A stretch of 64,000 nucleotides of DNA. Source: an uncultured Nitrososphaeria archaeon. GTDB lineage: Archaea; Thermoproteota; Nitrososphaeria; Geothermarchaeales; JDFR-13. A program made the translations under genes and the position numbers. Shown here piece by piece: positions 9,164-19,105 of the stretch. A model generated the notes under the pieces. The model did not search any database, was not told where the DNA came from, and saw only the letters and a list, made by a program, of their open reading frames with translations. Numbering within the stretch: position 1 is the first letter of the stretch; the number at the start of each line of letters is the position of its first letter. The stretch is taken from NCBI GenBank assembly GCA_964437705.1, contig CAYTHX010000003.1, positions 65,229 to 129,228 on the forward strand. Reading direction: 5' to 3'.

Positions 9164-10090
9164 TTGCTCGACACAATAGTAATTTTGTTAGTGGCACTTT
9201 CCTTATTTTTAGGATATAATCATGAACCAATTTTAGTAGGCTCTCCAGTTAGATCTGGGGTATTATCAAGAAAAAACACTCTAATATTAATAATTGTGGG
9301 TATTCTCTTAGGTACAACATTAGAAGGTACTAAAATGGGGGTTTCTATCTCTATAATAGAAAACCCAAAGTACCATCTATTTATCCCATGTATATTATCA
9401 TCATCTCTTATAGTAATACTACTTGCAAATCTGAAGAAGATACCAATTTCATTATCACAGTCGCTTTTTGGAGGTATTATAGCAGCATATACTTTAACTG
9501 GTAACTTCACAGCAGAAAAAACATTCTTTATTTTATCCACGATATTATCATGGTTAGCTATCCCTATTTTAACATTACTTTCTACATATTTAATTATACT
9601 TAGTATTGATATTTTAGTAGGACATTTTGGTATACTAAATACCTATATTACGCTTAAACTACTTACAATAGTTTCTGTTTTTTACATATCTTACGTATTT
9701 GGAGCAAATACATTAGGTTTCATGTTATCATTTATGAATGATAACACGTATTTGTTATATCTACTTTTAATCGGTGCATCGGTTATGGGAATCGTCCTTG
9801 CTCAAAAGTATATAGAGACCAAAGTTAGTGAAGAAATATATGTTTTAGGTGTTGAATCATCATTTAGTGCTTATATATCAACTTCAATACTGATTGAAAT
9901 CGTTACTCAAATTGGGATTCCTATGTCAATTACTCAGTCAGTTACAGCTGGATTGCTAGGTGTAATTTTTACACGTAAGTTTAGGTTACCAAATATAAAA
10001 GTAATATATGAAGTAATCCTTCAGTGGATTTTAAGTCCGGTAATTTCCTTTATATTGTCAATACTGTTAATATATGCCCTAATATACTAA
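9164..10090 (+). CDS. Inorganic phosphate transporter, PiT family (multi-TM).
   Basis: About 10 predicted TM helices. GAN(T)LG motif resembling the PiT GANDVAN signature. Partner of the DUF47 gene. Confidence 0.5.
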   Translation: MLDTIVILLVALSLFLGYNHEPILVGSPVRSGVLSRKNTLILIIVGILLGTTLEGTKMGVSISIIENPKYHLFIPCILSSSLIVILLANLKKIPISLSQSLFGGIIAAYTLTGNFTAEKTFFILSTILSWLAIPILTLLSTYLIILSIDILVGHFGILNTYITLKLLTIVSVFYISYVFGANTLGFMLSFMNDNTYLLYLLLIGASVMGIVLAQKYIETKVSEEIYVLGVESSFSAYISTSILIEIVTQIGIPMSITQSVTAGLLGVIFTRKFRLPNIKVIYEVILQWILSPVISFILSILLIYALIY

Positions 10091-10099
10091 GTAGTATCA

Positions 10100-12778
10100 T
10101 TATTTCTCTCTCATCTTTCCCGAAATGGATTTTCTCACGATGGATACACTTATAATTGAAATAATTAACATTGGGATAAAGTATATCCAGTATCTCTGAA
10201 TCAGATTCTCATAAACAGAAATTTTTATCTTCTCTAACTTAATTCCAATTGTGTTTATCGAATACCACTTTCCTCTATATTCAAACATTATTTCTGGAGG
10301 ATCTATAATATATATTCCTGGTGTCATACTAGCGACTTTAATATTTATATTTTTTTCGTTTGTATCAAAAGTAATAGTCACATTATACTCTTCGTTTTTG
10401 TCGTCAAACATTAAACCCTTGGGTAATAGCCACCTAAGATTGATTTTTTTAATTTCATCAATATCCCTGGTTATCCTAATTGTTACATTAATAGTATCTC
10501 CTTCAAGAACACTTATTTTATTCTTCATAATCTTAACATCCAATCCTTGATATACAGTTATATTTAAGCCACTCATATGTATAGACTGCTCAATCCCGCC
10601 GAATACATAATAAGCCAAAAATTTACTGATCATATAATTGCCAGGATTTTTACCTATAATAGTAATATTAACAACGTGGGACCCGCTTTTTAAACACTGA
10701 ACTGTGTTATTACGAAGGTAGACACTAAGACCAGAATACAGAGCTATAACTCTAACATCATATATCGGCTGATCACCTAAATTTTCGACTATTAACTTTG
10801 TCTTGTATTCTATGCCTCGAATCAACTTATCTGGTAACGTATCTAAGTATACTCTAACTGAATTTATGATTGGTTTAACTGGTAAAATATGTTTAGTAGA
10901 TCCATAGTCATTATATAGGAATACTGTAATTAGTGGCGTATAAGTAGCGGAATACTTATCTAATCTTATAGTGACAGTTAAATTAGTTTCTTCATCTAGA
11001 TCTAATTCACCCAAATTAAGGCTAAAAGACTTATCCACTATAGTGCTATTCTCTATTTCAAACTCATAATCAAATACCAGACCTTTTATGGATACTTTAT
11101 TGATCTTAGATAGACATATATTCTTAATTTTGTATTTAATGACAAACTCCTGTTCATTTTTCTCAGTTTGCATTATACTTGTTTTTATGGCTGGTAAAAA
11201 AGACTTACAAGGCCTAAACATTATAGGTATTACTTGGGTATTCATAGTGAACTGTTTATTAAGATATTTATACTGTAATGAATAATTAATATATATTATA
11301 TTATTTAAGTCACTTGTTGCTTTAGCTTTGAATAACACCTTTCTAGTCTCTTTAGGATTTATTTGAGGAATATATACATCACCTATGACAACATCATGTA
11401 CACTATTACTTCCATTATTTATAATTACAATAAAGTACGATAACTCATCCGTATATGATAAATTAAAACCACTGAAATCAGATATTGATATGTAAAGGAT
11501 TGGTGAATCATTTTCCGTATGAACTATATTCGTTGATGAGTAGTAAGTATAACTTATGTTGCCGGCCAGTGTAATAGTGGCTTTAGCTGCACTGATAAAA
11601 ATGAAATTATTAGTGAAATTCTCATTTATCGTAACTTCATAACTAAGTTCTTCTACACCATTTTGAGGAACTTTTTTAAGATTCCACATTAATTTCTCGT
11701 TACTATCTTTTAGATTAATACCCTCATACTCTGTCCACCAGGGATATTCCTCTATAGCAACGTTTTCCGCGTCAACATCACCTAGATTCCTAATTATTAA
11801 CTTAACATTTATAGTAGTATTAGGACAAATGTAGGTTGAATTGAAGTGTCTCTCGATTACTAATTCTGGTAACTTGTATGTATACATAATTTTTACGTCT
11901 TCCAATGAACTCCCTGGCTGATACTCCTTATAAATCACTACAATATCGTTTATCCTTGTTACGTTAAAATCATTAGGATACATATACACATTTGCATTTT
12001 TAATAAGAATTCTAACATAGGTACTCCTAGTATCATTTCTCGCTGATGTTTTCGCTATATCGGGGAATATGCTAGATAAATTGAACTCTCCACTTTCTAT
12101 GCTGGGATTTTTCATAAAAGAGTAAACGGATATAGTTGCAGAAGCATTACAATCGTTATTAAATTTGATTATTAAATCTATTAAGGAATAGTCACTTTTA
12201 ATAACTGTATCAGTATTTAAAAGTGAAAATACTCCTGTTAGGTTCCATGATAATGCCTTAAAGAGAGGGCCTTCGCTTCTTAGTATTCTTTGTGGATCCA
12301 ATGACGAAATAAAGATAAGTTCATCTTCACTTTCGTTTACTAGAATGAAATTAAGATTTAGTGAAGAACCAATTTTATCTATCACTTGATATAATGCTTC
12401 TTCATCTCCCTCAATAGTATGGTGAATCCTTATTACAACCATAGTTTCCCTAATGCAATCTAATGTATAGTTTAGTGATCTAGGACTCGATATTAATAGA
12501 TTATATGAACTACTCCAGTTATTTAATATACTAAATGTTAACTTAATTTCTGTTATAGCTGACAATTTGACTAGATTCATATCTAAGAAGTTTGAAATGT
12601 TAATTAATGGCTTTTCGGAGTACAAGCGCCAGAACAAGCCTTCACCAACTATAAAGACATCTAAGTACTCATCCGATTTATTACTGTCATTTCCCTTTAT
12701 ATATGGTACTTTGATTTGCAAGAGAAACATTAACATTATAAATAAAGCAATTATTTTCACAATTAATTTTCTCCTCAT
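10100..12778 (-). CDS. Large extracellular, heavily N-glycosylation-sequon-rich protein (892 aa) with an N-terminal signal/TM and a C-terminal TM anchor.
   Basis: N-terminal hydrophobic segment. Dozens of N-x-S/T sequons. C-terminal TM WIYFIPMLIISIISVSIV followed by basic residues. No recognisable catalytic motif. Confidence 0.5.
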   Translation of the reverse strand: MRRKLIVKIIALFIMLMFLLQIKVPYIKGNDSNKSDEYLDVFIVGEGLFWRLYSEKPLINISNFLDMNLVKLSAITEIKLTFSILNNWSSSYNLLISSPRSLNYTLDCIRETMVVIRIHHTIEGDEEALYQVIDKIGSSLNLNFILVNESEDELIFISSLDPQRILRSEGPLFKALSWNLTGVFSLLNTDTVIKSDYSLIDLIIKFNNDCNASATISVYSFMKNPSIESGEFNLSSIFPDIAKTSARNDTRSTYVRILIKNANVYMYPNDFNVTRINDIVVIYKEYQPGSSLEDVKIMYTYKLPELVIERHFNSTYICPNTTINVKLIIRNLGDVDAENVAIEEYPWWTEYEGINLKDSNEKLMWNLKKVPQNGVEELSYEVTINENFTNNFIFISAAKATITLAGNISYTYYSSTNIVHTENDSPILYISISDFSGFNLSYTDELSYFIVIINNGSNSVHDVVIGDVYIPQINPKETRKVLFKAKATSDLNNIIYINYSLQYKYLNKQFTMNTQVIPIMFRPCKSFLPAIKTSIMQTEKNEQEFVIKYKIKNICLSKINKVSIKGLVFDYEFEIENSTIVDKSFSLNLGELDLDEETNLTVTIRLDKYSATYTPLITVFLYNDYGSTKHILPVKPIINSVRVYLDTLPDKLIRGIEYKTKLIVENLGDQPIYDVRVIALYSGLSVYLRNNTVQCLKSGSHVVNITIIGKNPGNYMISKFLAYYVFGGIEQSIHMSGLNITVYQGLDVKIMKNKISVLEGDTINVTIRITRDIDEIKKINLRWLLPKGLMFDDKNEEYNVTITFDTNEKNINIKVASMTPGIYIIDPPEIMFEYRGKWYSINTIGIKLEKIKISVYENLIQRYWIYFIPMLIISIISVSIVRKSISGKMREK

Positions 12779-12929
12779 TTCCTATCCCATTCCTTTGAAA
12801 CTTGTATGACATTAGTAATTTATGTGACGTTATATCTACTCTTTATATTCAATGAAATTATGAATATAAAGTAAGTTATAAATAATTGTTTATGATCCTA
12901 GATTAAAAGCAGACCATTAATTTTTTAAA

Positions 12930-13913
12930 CTATGATGGATCCTTTATACCGTCTGGTCCGATCATAAATATCGCTTCTCCTGGAGGATGTCTTGGGCTAT
13001 CAACTATACTAGCGATTCTCGTGTTACCCTTTGCCTTTCTTAGATAAATTCTATATGTAACTGCGTGAGCTACAACATGTCCTCCGATTGGTCTAGTTGG
13101 GTCTCCATAGATAACGTCAGGAGCTGCAAGAACTTGATTTGTAATCACAATTGCCACGTTATATAATTCGGCCATTCTGATTAGGTCATGCATCATGACA
13201 TTTAGAAGTTGTTGTCTTTCCGACAATTGTCCTCTTCCAATATACTCTGCTCTGAATGGTGCAACTGCAGAGTCTATTAATACTAATCTGGCTCCCGTTT
13301 CTCTTATCTTTTTCGGTAAATCTCTGACTAGCAAAATCAGATGACTAGCCCCTCTAGCCTTAGCTACATAAATATTTCTTAGGGTTTCTAGTGGGTCTAG
13401 CCCTTTTGCATCAGCAATCTGTATGACTCTCTCTGATTTAAAGGTCATCTCAGTATCTATGTAGATCGCTGGTGACTCCAAGCCACCTTTGTCAATGGGT
13501 AGCTGTACGTTTACAGCAAGTGTATGACAAAGCTGTGTTTTTCCAGTTCCAAATTCTCCATAAAATTCCGTTATTGCTTGAGTTTCGATTCCTCCAAGAA
13601 GAAGATTATCTAAATGCTTAGAGCCAGTCGTTATATATGAGACTAGCTTTCGTCTTTCATGAAGTTTATCTGCAGTCATAAATTCCTCTTCTAATAACCC
13701 TAATTTCTGTAATCTTTTCCTAGCAGCTTCTTGTAGCTTAATTACCCTATCTACAGATCCCCCAATAATTTCAGCAATGTAAGTAGGGGCGTAAACAAGT
13801 AGATCAACAATTGAATGTATACCCGCGGAAACCAATTTTTGCTTTGTAGACGGTCCTATTCCCTCTAATGATTCAAGTTCCAATTCTTCTTCATATTTTT
13901 TATATTCACTCAT
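12930..13913 (-). CDS. radA: DNA repair and recombination protein RadA.
   Basis: N-terminal HhH region. Walker A GEFGTGKTQLCH. Rad51/RadA core. Confidence 0.95.
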   Translation of the reverse strand: MSEYKKYEEELELESLEGIGPSTKQKLVSAGIHSIVDLLVYAPTYIAEIIGGSVDRVIKLQEAARKRLQKLGLLEEEFMTADKLHERRKLVSYITTGSKHLDNLLLGGIETQAITEFYGEFGTGKTQLCHTLAVNVQLPIDKGGLESPAIYIDTEMTFKSERVIQIADAKGLDPLETLRNIYVAKARGASHLILLVRDLPKKIRETGARLVLIDSAVAPFRAEYIGRGQLSERQQLLNVMMHDLIRMAELYNVAIVITNQVLAAPDVIYGDPTRPIGGHVVAHAVTYRIYLRKAKGNTRIASIVDSPRHPPGEAIFMIGPDGIKDPS

Positions 13914-13950
13914 TCTCTCAACCTTTATTTATCCAGTAAATCCTTAGTAA

Positions 13951-13968
13951 AAGGAAGTTTAAAAATCA
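13951..13968 (-). promoter_or_regulatory. Perfect 16-18 nt palindrome in the radA promoter region.
   Basis: AAAAATCACGTGATTTTT lies about 40-55 nt upstream of the radA start (13913) and overlaps the A/T-rich TATA-like sequence. Confidence 0.4.
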
Positions 13969-14059
13969 CGTGATTTTTTATATTTATATTCTAGATCTTT
14001 ATTGTTTTTATTGCTCTCTAAAAACCATTTAGAAAAAACGAAGATTAAATTTAGGATAA

Positions 14060-15373
14060 TTATGGTATGAGCCTTGACGGTGTTCTTGGAAATAGCGTAG
14101 ATTCTCTAATATGTGATAATTTAAGTATCCATCTTAATGTTCTTTCAACACCAATACCAAAACCTGCATGAGGTGGCATCCCATATTTTCTTATTTCTAG
14201 ATACCACTCGTATTCTTTAGGATCTAATCCAAACTCAAGAATTTTATTGTATAATTCGTTATAATCATGAATCCTTTGCCCACCGGAAGTGATCTCTCCA
14301 TAGCCCTCCGGCGCGTATAAATCTGATGATAAAGTAACTTCTGGATTGCTTGGATCACGCATATGATAGAAACTTCTTGTAGTAACTGGGAAATGTGTTA
14401 TAAAAAATGGTTTCTCAAAATACTTACTTATCGTGCGCTCTGCAACTGCGCCTAGATCTTCACCCCATTCAATATCAATACCCTTGGAGTTAAGTACACT
14501 AATAACTTCGTCATACTTAACCTTATCGAATGGAGGCTCTGGAGGCTTAAATAAATCGCCACGAACAAACTTAATTTCGTCTGGAACACGTTCAATCAAC
14601 TTTGACAGAGAATAGTATAGCAATTCTTCTTCAACTTTCATTATATCGTCATGAGTAGCAAATGCGACTTCGGCTTCAATATGCCAGAACTCAGTAAGGT
14701 GTTTTCTTGTACGTGATTTTTCAGACCTAAAACTTGGTTGGACAACAAAAACTTTCTCAAATGCACATATTGCTGCTTCTTCGTAAAACTGTGCACTCTG
14801 TGTTAAATAAGCGACTTTATCAAAGTATTTAACTGGAAAGAGAGTTGCACCGCCTTCAACTGCTGATGTTATAAATGTTGGTGCTTGAATCCACACATAA
14901 TCATTTTCTAGGAAGTATTCTATCATACCTCTAATTAATTCCGCTCTAATTAGCATGATCGCTCTACTTCTAGGACCTCTTATAGTTAGATGTCTTTTAT
15001 CAAACAGGAAACCAGGTGATTTTAGTGCTGATAGCGTAATTGGCCATTCATCAGCAAAACTTATAACTTTAAAGTCATGAATACGAATTTCTGCTCCTCC
15101 AGGAGCCCTAGGATCTTTCTTTACAGTACCTTCCACAGCTATTGCAGATTCAACATTTACCCTTTTTACTAGTGAATACAATTCATCTGGGAGGGAATCT
15201 TTTTTAGCAACTAACTGAATGTAGCCATATCTATCCCTCAAGTTTAAAAATACCTTTTTTCCATGAATACGTTTACTAGCTATCCATCCAATTAGTCGTA
15301 CGGTGGAGCCTTCTTCGAGACTTTTTGCATCACGTGAGTTTGAAGTTCTATATTGTAGCCACATAGTCCACAA
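14060..15373 (-). CDS. Class IIb aminoacyl-tRNA synthetase, asparaginyl- or aspartyl-tRNA synthetase. EFWHIEAE favours AsnRS.
   Basis: FLNLRDRYGYIQLV anticodon-binding region. Motif 2 FRSE...RHLTEFWHIEAE. Motif 3 GFGIGVERTLRW. Confidence 0.8.
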   Translation of the reverse strand: MWTMWLQYRTSNSRDAKSLEEGSTVRLIGWIASKRIHGKKVFLNLRDRYGYIQLVAKKDSLPDELYSLVKRVNVESAIAVEGTVKKDPRAPGGAEIRIHDFKVISFADEWPITLSALKSPGFLFDKRHLTIRGPRSRAIMLIRAELIRGMIEYFLENDYVWIQAPTFITSAVEGGATLFPVKYFDKVAYLTQSAQFYEEAAICAFEKVFVVQPSFRSEKSRTRKHLTEFWHIEAEVAFATHDDIMKVEEELLYYSLSKLIERVPDEIKFVRGDLFKPPEPPFDKVKYDEVISVLNSKGIDIEWGEDLGAVAERTISKYFEKPFFITHFPVTTRSFYHMRDPSNPEVTLSSDLYAPEGYGEITSGGQRIHDYNELYNKILEFGLDPKEYEWYLEIRKYGMPPHAGFGIGVERTLRWILKLSHIRESTLFPRTPSRLIP

Positions 15374-15388
15374 TATAGGCTATTAACC

Positions 15389-16567
15389 CTAACTTATATA
15401 TTTCGTTAATATTTTCATAAGAGAGGTAATTCCGCCTGCATTTATTAAAATTCTTCTAATTATATCTAATCTTCTGAGATATTCTTCGTAATGATTTAAG
15501 ACCTGCTCTATCGCATTAAGCAATAATTCAGGTCTTTTAAGAAGATCTAAATAATCTATATGTACACCAATACCTAACTTTGAAACTGATAAAGCATTAC
15601 CTTGTTGTTCAGTTTGTCCAGAAGCAGGAATAACTATCATAGGCTTCCCGATTAGTATTGTTTCAAGTATGGATGTCAGTCCCCCTCGTAATACAATTAT
15701 CTTTGATTTTCTAATAAACTCAGTTTTACTTTTAACCCATGAGTAAACTTCAATATTATTATAAACTAGTGTATAGTTTTTATTGTATTCTCCACCACTA
15801 ATTGCGATGTGATAGTTACAACGTTTTAATGCAGATTTAACGATTCTTAACATATTTAGGAAAAATTGTTTTCTGTCATTTAGAGGACCGCTTACAGAGA
15901 TATATACATCGTAGAGACCGTCATATGACCTACCAAACCTTTCTATATCACTAACATTATCTATAAGACCTACAAAGTGGCACTTTTTCATGATATAATG
16001 TGGACAATTAAGAACATTGGCTCCTGATATTGTGTATGGCGGTGGAAGATCTGGGATAATAATACTTTCTGACTGATACCAAATTTTAGGCATCAAAATT
16101 CGTAACCCTACGTTTAACAAATTATATTCTAAAATAGAAACTAAGACATATAGCTGATTTGTAATAGTAACTACAGGTACGCCGTATATCTTAGACAATA
16201 TCAATGGAGAGAACATTGAGTCATTAATTATAACTGCGGGAGAGAATTTTTCAACTAGCTTTTTTTCATGTAAAAACTGCTTATAAAGTGTAGGTACGAA
16301 ACTGCATGCTACAGTAGTAATTGTTTTATTCAATTCTAGGCCTCTCTCAGACCATACAAAATTAAAGCTTGGAACACTATATATAGAAACATTATCTAGG
16401 TTCATATACTTCTTTTTAAAATATCCTATAGCATCTCCAAACGTTGATATTATAATTCTAAAACGGTCGAGATTCAGTATATGATCAATTATTTTTGCAG
16501 TTCTGGAAGCATGTCCTAAACCAATTCCATTAACTGAGAAGAAAATTGTTTTCTTATTTTCACTCAT
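15389..16567 (-). CDS. GT1/GT28-like glycosyltransferase (MGT/UGT-type).
   Basis: N-terminal GIGLGHASR motif. C-terminal nucleotide-sugar binding region (GGLTS...E..G.P). Confidence 0.6.
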   Translation of the reverse strand: MSENKKTIFFSVNGIGLGHASRTAKIIDHILNLDRFRIIISTFGDAIGYFKKKYMNLDNVSIYSVPSFNFVWSERGLELNKTITTVACSFVPTLYKQFLHEKKLVEKFSPAVIINDSMFSPLILSKIYGVPVVTITNQLYVLVSILEYNLLNVGLRILMPKIWYQSESIIIPDLPPPYTISGANVLNCPHYIMKKCHFVGLIDNVSDIERFGRSYDGLYDVYISVSGPLNDRKQFFLNMLRIVKSALKRCNYHIAISGGEYNKNYTLVYNNIEVYSWVKSKTEFIRKSKIIVLRGGLTSILETILIGKPMIVIPASGQTEQQGNALSVSKLGIGVHIDYLDLLKRPELLLNAIEQVLNHYEEYLRRLDIIRRILINAGGITSLMKILTKYIS

Positions 16568-17211
16568 TTTATCTCGAGCTCTTCTTTAATGACAGGGCCT
16601 TCTGGTACAGTTTCTACGAAGATCACGCCTTCAAATCTGTAGATTTTAGTGTTTTTATCTAACCATGAATTTGGAGGTAAACCTGCTTTTAAACATAGGT
16701 GCATTAGAAATTCCTCTACAGACCAGTTATATTCTACAGGTACTTGCGGTAATAATAGCCCTTTATACAATTCTCTCTCAATTATTAATCCATCTCTGCC
16801 AATCTTAATTTTACGTAGGTATTCAAGTGGGTGATTAACCCTTATTTCTTCTGGCTGGCTAAGTACCGTAACTTCAAATATCACTGATTTCAGCTCCTCA
16901 TATCCTAACGGTGGGAACCTTGGATCATTAAATGCAGCTTCGACTGCAGCTTCAATAGTAGCTTCATATAGTGGCTTTATTGGATACGGAAAACCTATAC
17001 ATCCTCTTAACTCCTTAGATATTACTTTATCATCCTTAATTCTAACTCGATTTATTGTCACAAAAACACCCATTTTTTCACACAGAATTTTAGGTACATC
17101 TTCCTCAGACACTTTAAGCAAGTCACCGCTTGATTGGATAAAATACTCTACACTTTTTCTGGCAAGCTTTACCAAATACTCTCCATCTTTAAGCGATAAC
17201 CGCTTGATCAT
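16564..17211 (-). CDS. AMMECR1 domain protein.
   Basis: LRGCIGFPYP motif characteristic of AMMECR1. Confidence 0.75.
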   Translation of the reverse strand: MIKRLSLKDGEYLVKLARKSVEYFIQSSGDLLKVSEEDVPKILCEKMGVFVTINRVRIKDDKVISKELRGCIGFPYPIKPLYEATIEAAVEAAFNDPRFPPLGYEELKSVIFEVTVLSQPEEIRVNHPLEYLRKIKIGRDGLIIERELYKGLLLPQVPVEYNWSVEEFLMHLCLKAGLPPNSWLDKNTKIYRFEGVIFVETVPEGPVIKEELEIK

Positions 17212-17228
17212 GTGTCGTCAATTCTTAT

Positions 17229-17272
17229 TTTCAGCTTAGAAGTATTTTATTTTTAAATTGCTGAAAGTAATT
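17229..17272 (+). promoter_or_regulatory. cdc6 promoter with an operator-like inverted repeat flanking the TATA box.
   Basis: TTTCAGC (17229-17235) and GCTGAAA (17260-17266) are separated by 24 nt containing TTTTATTTTTAAA. The ATG is at 17275, so the transcript is probably leaderless. Confidence 0.45.
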
Positions 17273-17274
17273 AA

Positions 17275-18393
17275 ATGGAGGAACACTGCATGACAAAGAT
17301 ATTTAGAGGAAACGGAAGAAGGTACTTAGACTTCTCATACGTTCCACCAAGATTACCCCACAGAGAAAAAGAAATTGCAATACTACTAGAACTATTAGAA
17401 CCCATAATTATGGGTGAAATTGAGGCATACAGTATCCCAGTACTATATGGAAAAACAGGGACTGGAAAAACAACAACAGCAAAAAAAGTTCTCGAGATCC
17501 TCTCTGAAAAAGAGATGAAAATTCATGCTCACACAATGTTAATTAACTGTGGTATTAATCAAAAGCCATTTAGCGTCGTACAAAGGATATCTCATCAAAT
17601 TCTCGAGACCTATGTGAGAGGATATAGCTTAGAGGAAATGATAGAAATGATTTACGATGCTTTAGAGATTAGAGATGAGTTTTTAATTTTAGTGTTAGAT
17701 GAGATAGATGAGTTATTAAGATTTGATAGAGGAAGGCTTTTACAAGTTGTTTCTAAAATTGGAGAAACAAGAGGAGTTAGAAGAATATTTCCAGTACTTA
17801 TTGCTAGAAGATATGAGCAAATACTTGATTTACCTGATCACGTAAGAAACTTAATTTCTGGACCACTAATTCACTTTAAGCCATATACTATAGACCAGAT
17901 GAGAGATATAATCATTGATAGAATAAGACTCTCAATAAATGAAAATTGTATATCAGAGAACGCTATAAAGGTAATATCTATAATATCATCAGTTCTCGAG
18001 GGAGGAGACGCTAGAGCTGCAATCTCAATACTTTTAAATGCCGGAGATCTTGCAGAAAGAGAAGGAGATGATAAAATTTTGGTTGATCATGTAAGAAGAA
18101 TATATGAGCAAAGGTCTAGCTATATATACCGTTTTTTAGGTAAATTAGAACCAAAGTTAACACGTATTTTATCATGTCTTGCAGAAATATTTAGTAAAAA
18201 AAGAGATGAGTATATTATTAATACCTCAGTTATGAGTGAAATACAGCTTTGTATGGCAAATAGATTCATGCAACCATTAACCTTCAGAGAAATTGAGGGA
18301 TTATTAGAAAAGTTATGCGAGAGAAAAATACTTCTAAAAGTTAATAATTCATATATGATGGTCTCAATATCACCAATGTCTATTTTAATGTAG
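17275..18393 (+). CDS. cdc6: Orc1/Cdc6 replication initiator paralogue.
   Basis: LPHREKEIAILLELL. Walker A YGKTGTGKTT. Walker B LVLDEID. C-terminal winged helix. 372 aa. Confidence 0.85.
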   Translation: MEEHCMTKIFRGNGRRYLDFSYVPPRLPHREKEIAILLELLEPIIMGEIEAYSIPVLYGKTGTGKTTTAKKVLEILSEKEMKIHAHTMLINCGINQKPFSVVQRISHQILETYVRGYSLEEMIEMIYDALEIRDEFLILVLDEIDELLRFDRGRLLQVVSKIGETRGVRRIFPVLIARRYEQILDLPDHVRNLISGPLIHFKPYTIDQMRDIIIDRIRLSINENCISENAIKVISIISSVLEGGDARAAISILLNAGDLAEREGDDKILVDHVRRIYEQRSSYIYRFLGKLEPKLTRILSCLAEIFSKKRDEYIINTSVMSEIQLCMANRFMQPLTFREIEGLLEKLCERKILLKVNNSYMMVSISPMSILM

Positions 18394-18423
18394 GAAAATA
18401 CTTTCACTGAACTCCCCCTGTAG

Positions 18424-18783
18424 TTGTACAAATATCTTATCAATTATCTTCTATTGATAATTAATGACAGGAAAATGATAGGGGAAATTGTACTATATGC
18501 ACCATATAACGCGGAATTAGGAAGAGTATCTAAGTTGAATTCAATAGTTATGAAGTTAGCTAAGGAGTTAGGATTAGCTTATAAAGGACCAATTTACAGA
18601 GATGACAAACGTATATGTGTATACTACGAGGATAAATCGGTTAAGGTTTATGTTTATGTCGACGACCCTACTAGAGATGTTAACTTTGAAAAAGTCGAAA
18701 TGTCAATTAGGCTAATGGCTACAATTGCATTAAAAGAGATGATAGAGAGAAAACTCAGAATTCGCGAAAAAACTATTATCTAG
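18424..18783 (+). CDS. Hypothetical protein (119 aa; likely start at the internal MIGEIV).
   Basis: ORF only, no recognised motif. Confidence 0.3.
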   Translation: MYKYLINYLLLIINDRKMIGEIVLYAPYNAELGRVSKLNSIVMKLAKELGLAYKGPIYRDDKRICVYYEDKSVKVYVYVDDPTRDVNFEKVEMSIRLMATIALKEMIERKLRIREKTII

Positions 18784-18997
18784 TATTATGGATATACTGA
18801 TGTCCATCTGATGATTAGCACTTTTCAACAAAAATAACGTATATACATATTTTAGGAATACATGGTGGAGATATTACGTATAATTTCAACGTATTTTTTA
18901 AGAAGTCACTAGATAGTATACCCAAAGTTTTTTTGGTTCACTTGATAAAAAAGTAAAAAAGATAGCGTAAAAATAATTTTAAGATATAAGAAAAAAG

Positions 18998-19105
18998 TGG
19001 GGCCGGTGGGATTTGAACCCACGACCGCCAGCGAACTGTAGATGGAATACTTCCCCAGGTTCGCCGGTCACCTCTGGCGTCCTAGCCAAGCTAGACCACG
19101 GCCCC
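18998..19105 (-). tRNA. tRNA gene with ~35-40 nt of intervening sequence. The isotype is unresolved.
   Basis: Minus-strand acceptor GGGGCCG/CGGCCCC, D-arm GTCT-AGCTTGGCTA-GGAC, T-arm GTGGG-TTCAAAT-CCCAC, discriminator A. The anticodon region is interrupted and cannot be resolved by eye. It contains nested complementary segments GCCAG/CTGGC and CGAAC/GTTCG around a Pro-like loop CTGGGGA. Confidence 0.7.

Noticed and set aside
18998-19105. Assignment of the first tRNA as tRNA-His because GUG appears after the putative anticodon stem
   Set aside because: The implied loop lacks U33, and the discriminator is A with no encoded G-1/C73 pair. The isotype is left unresolved.
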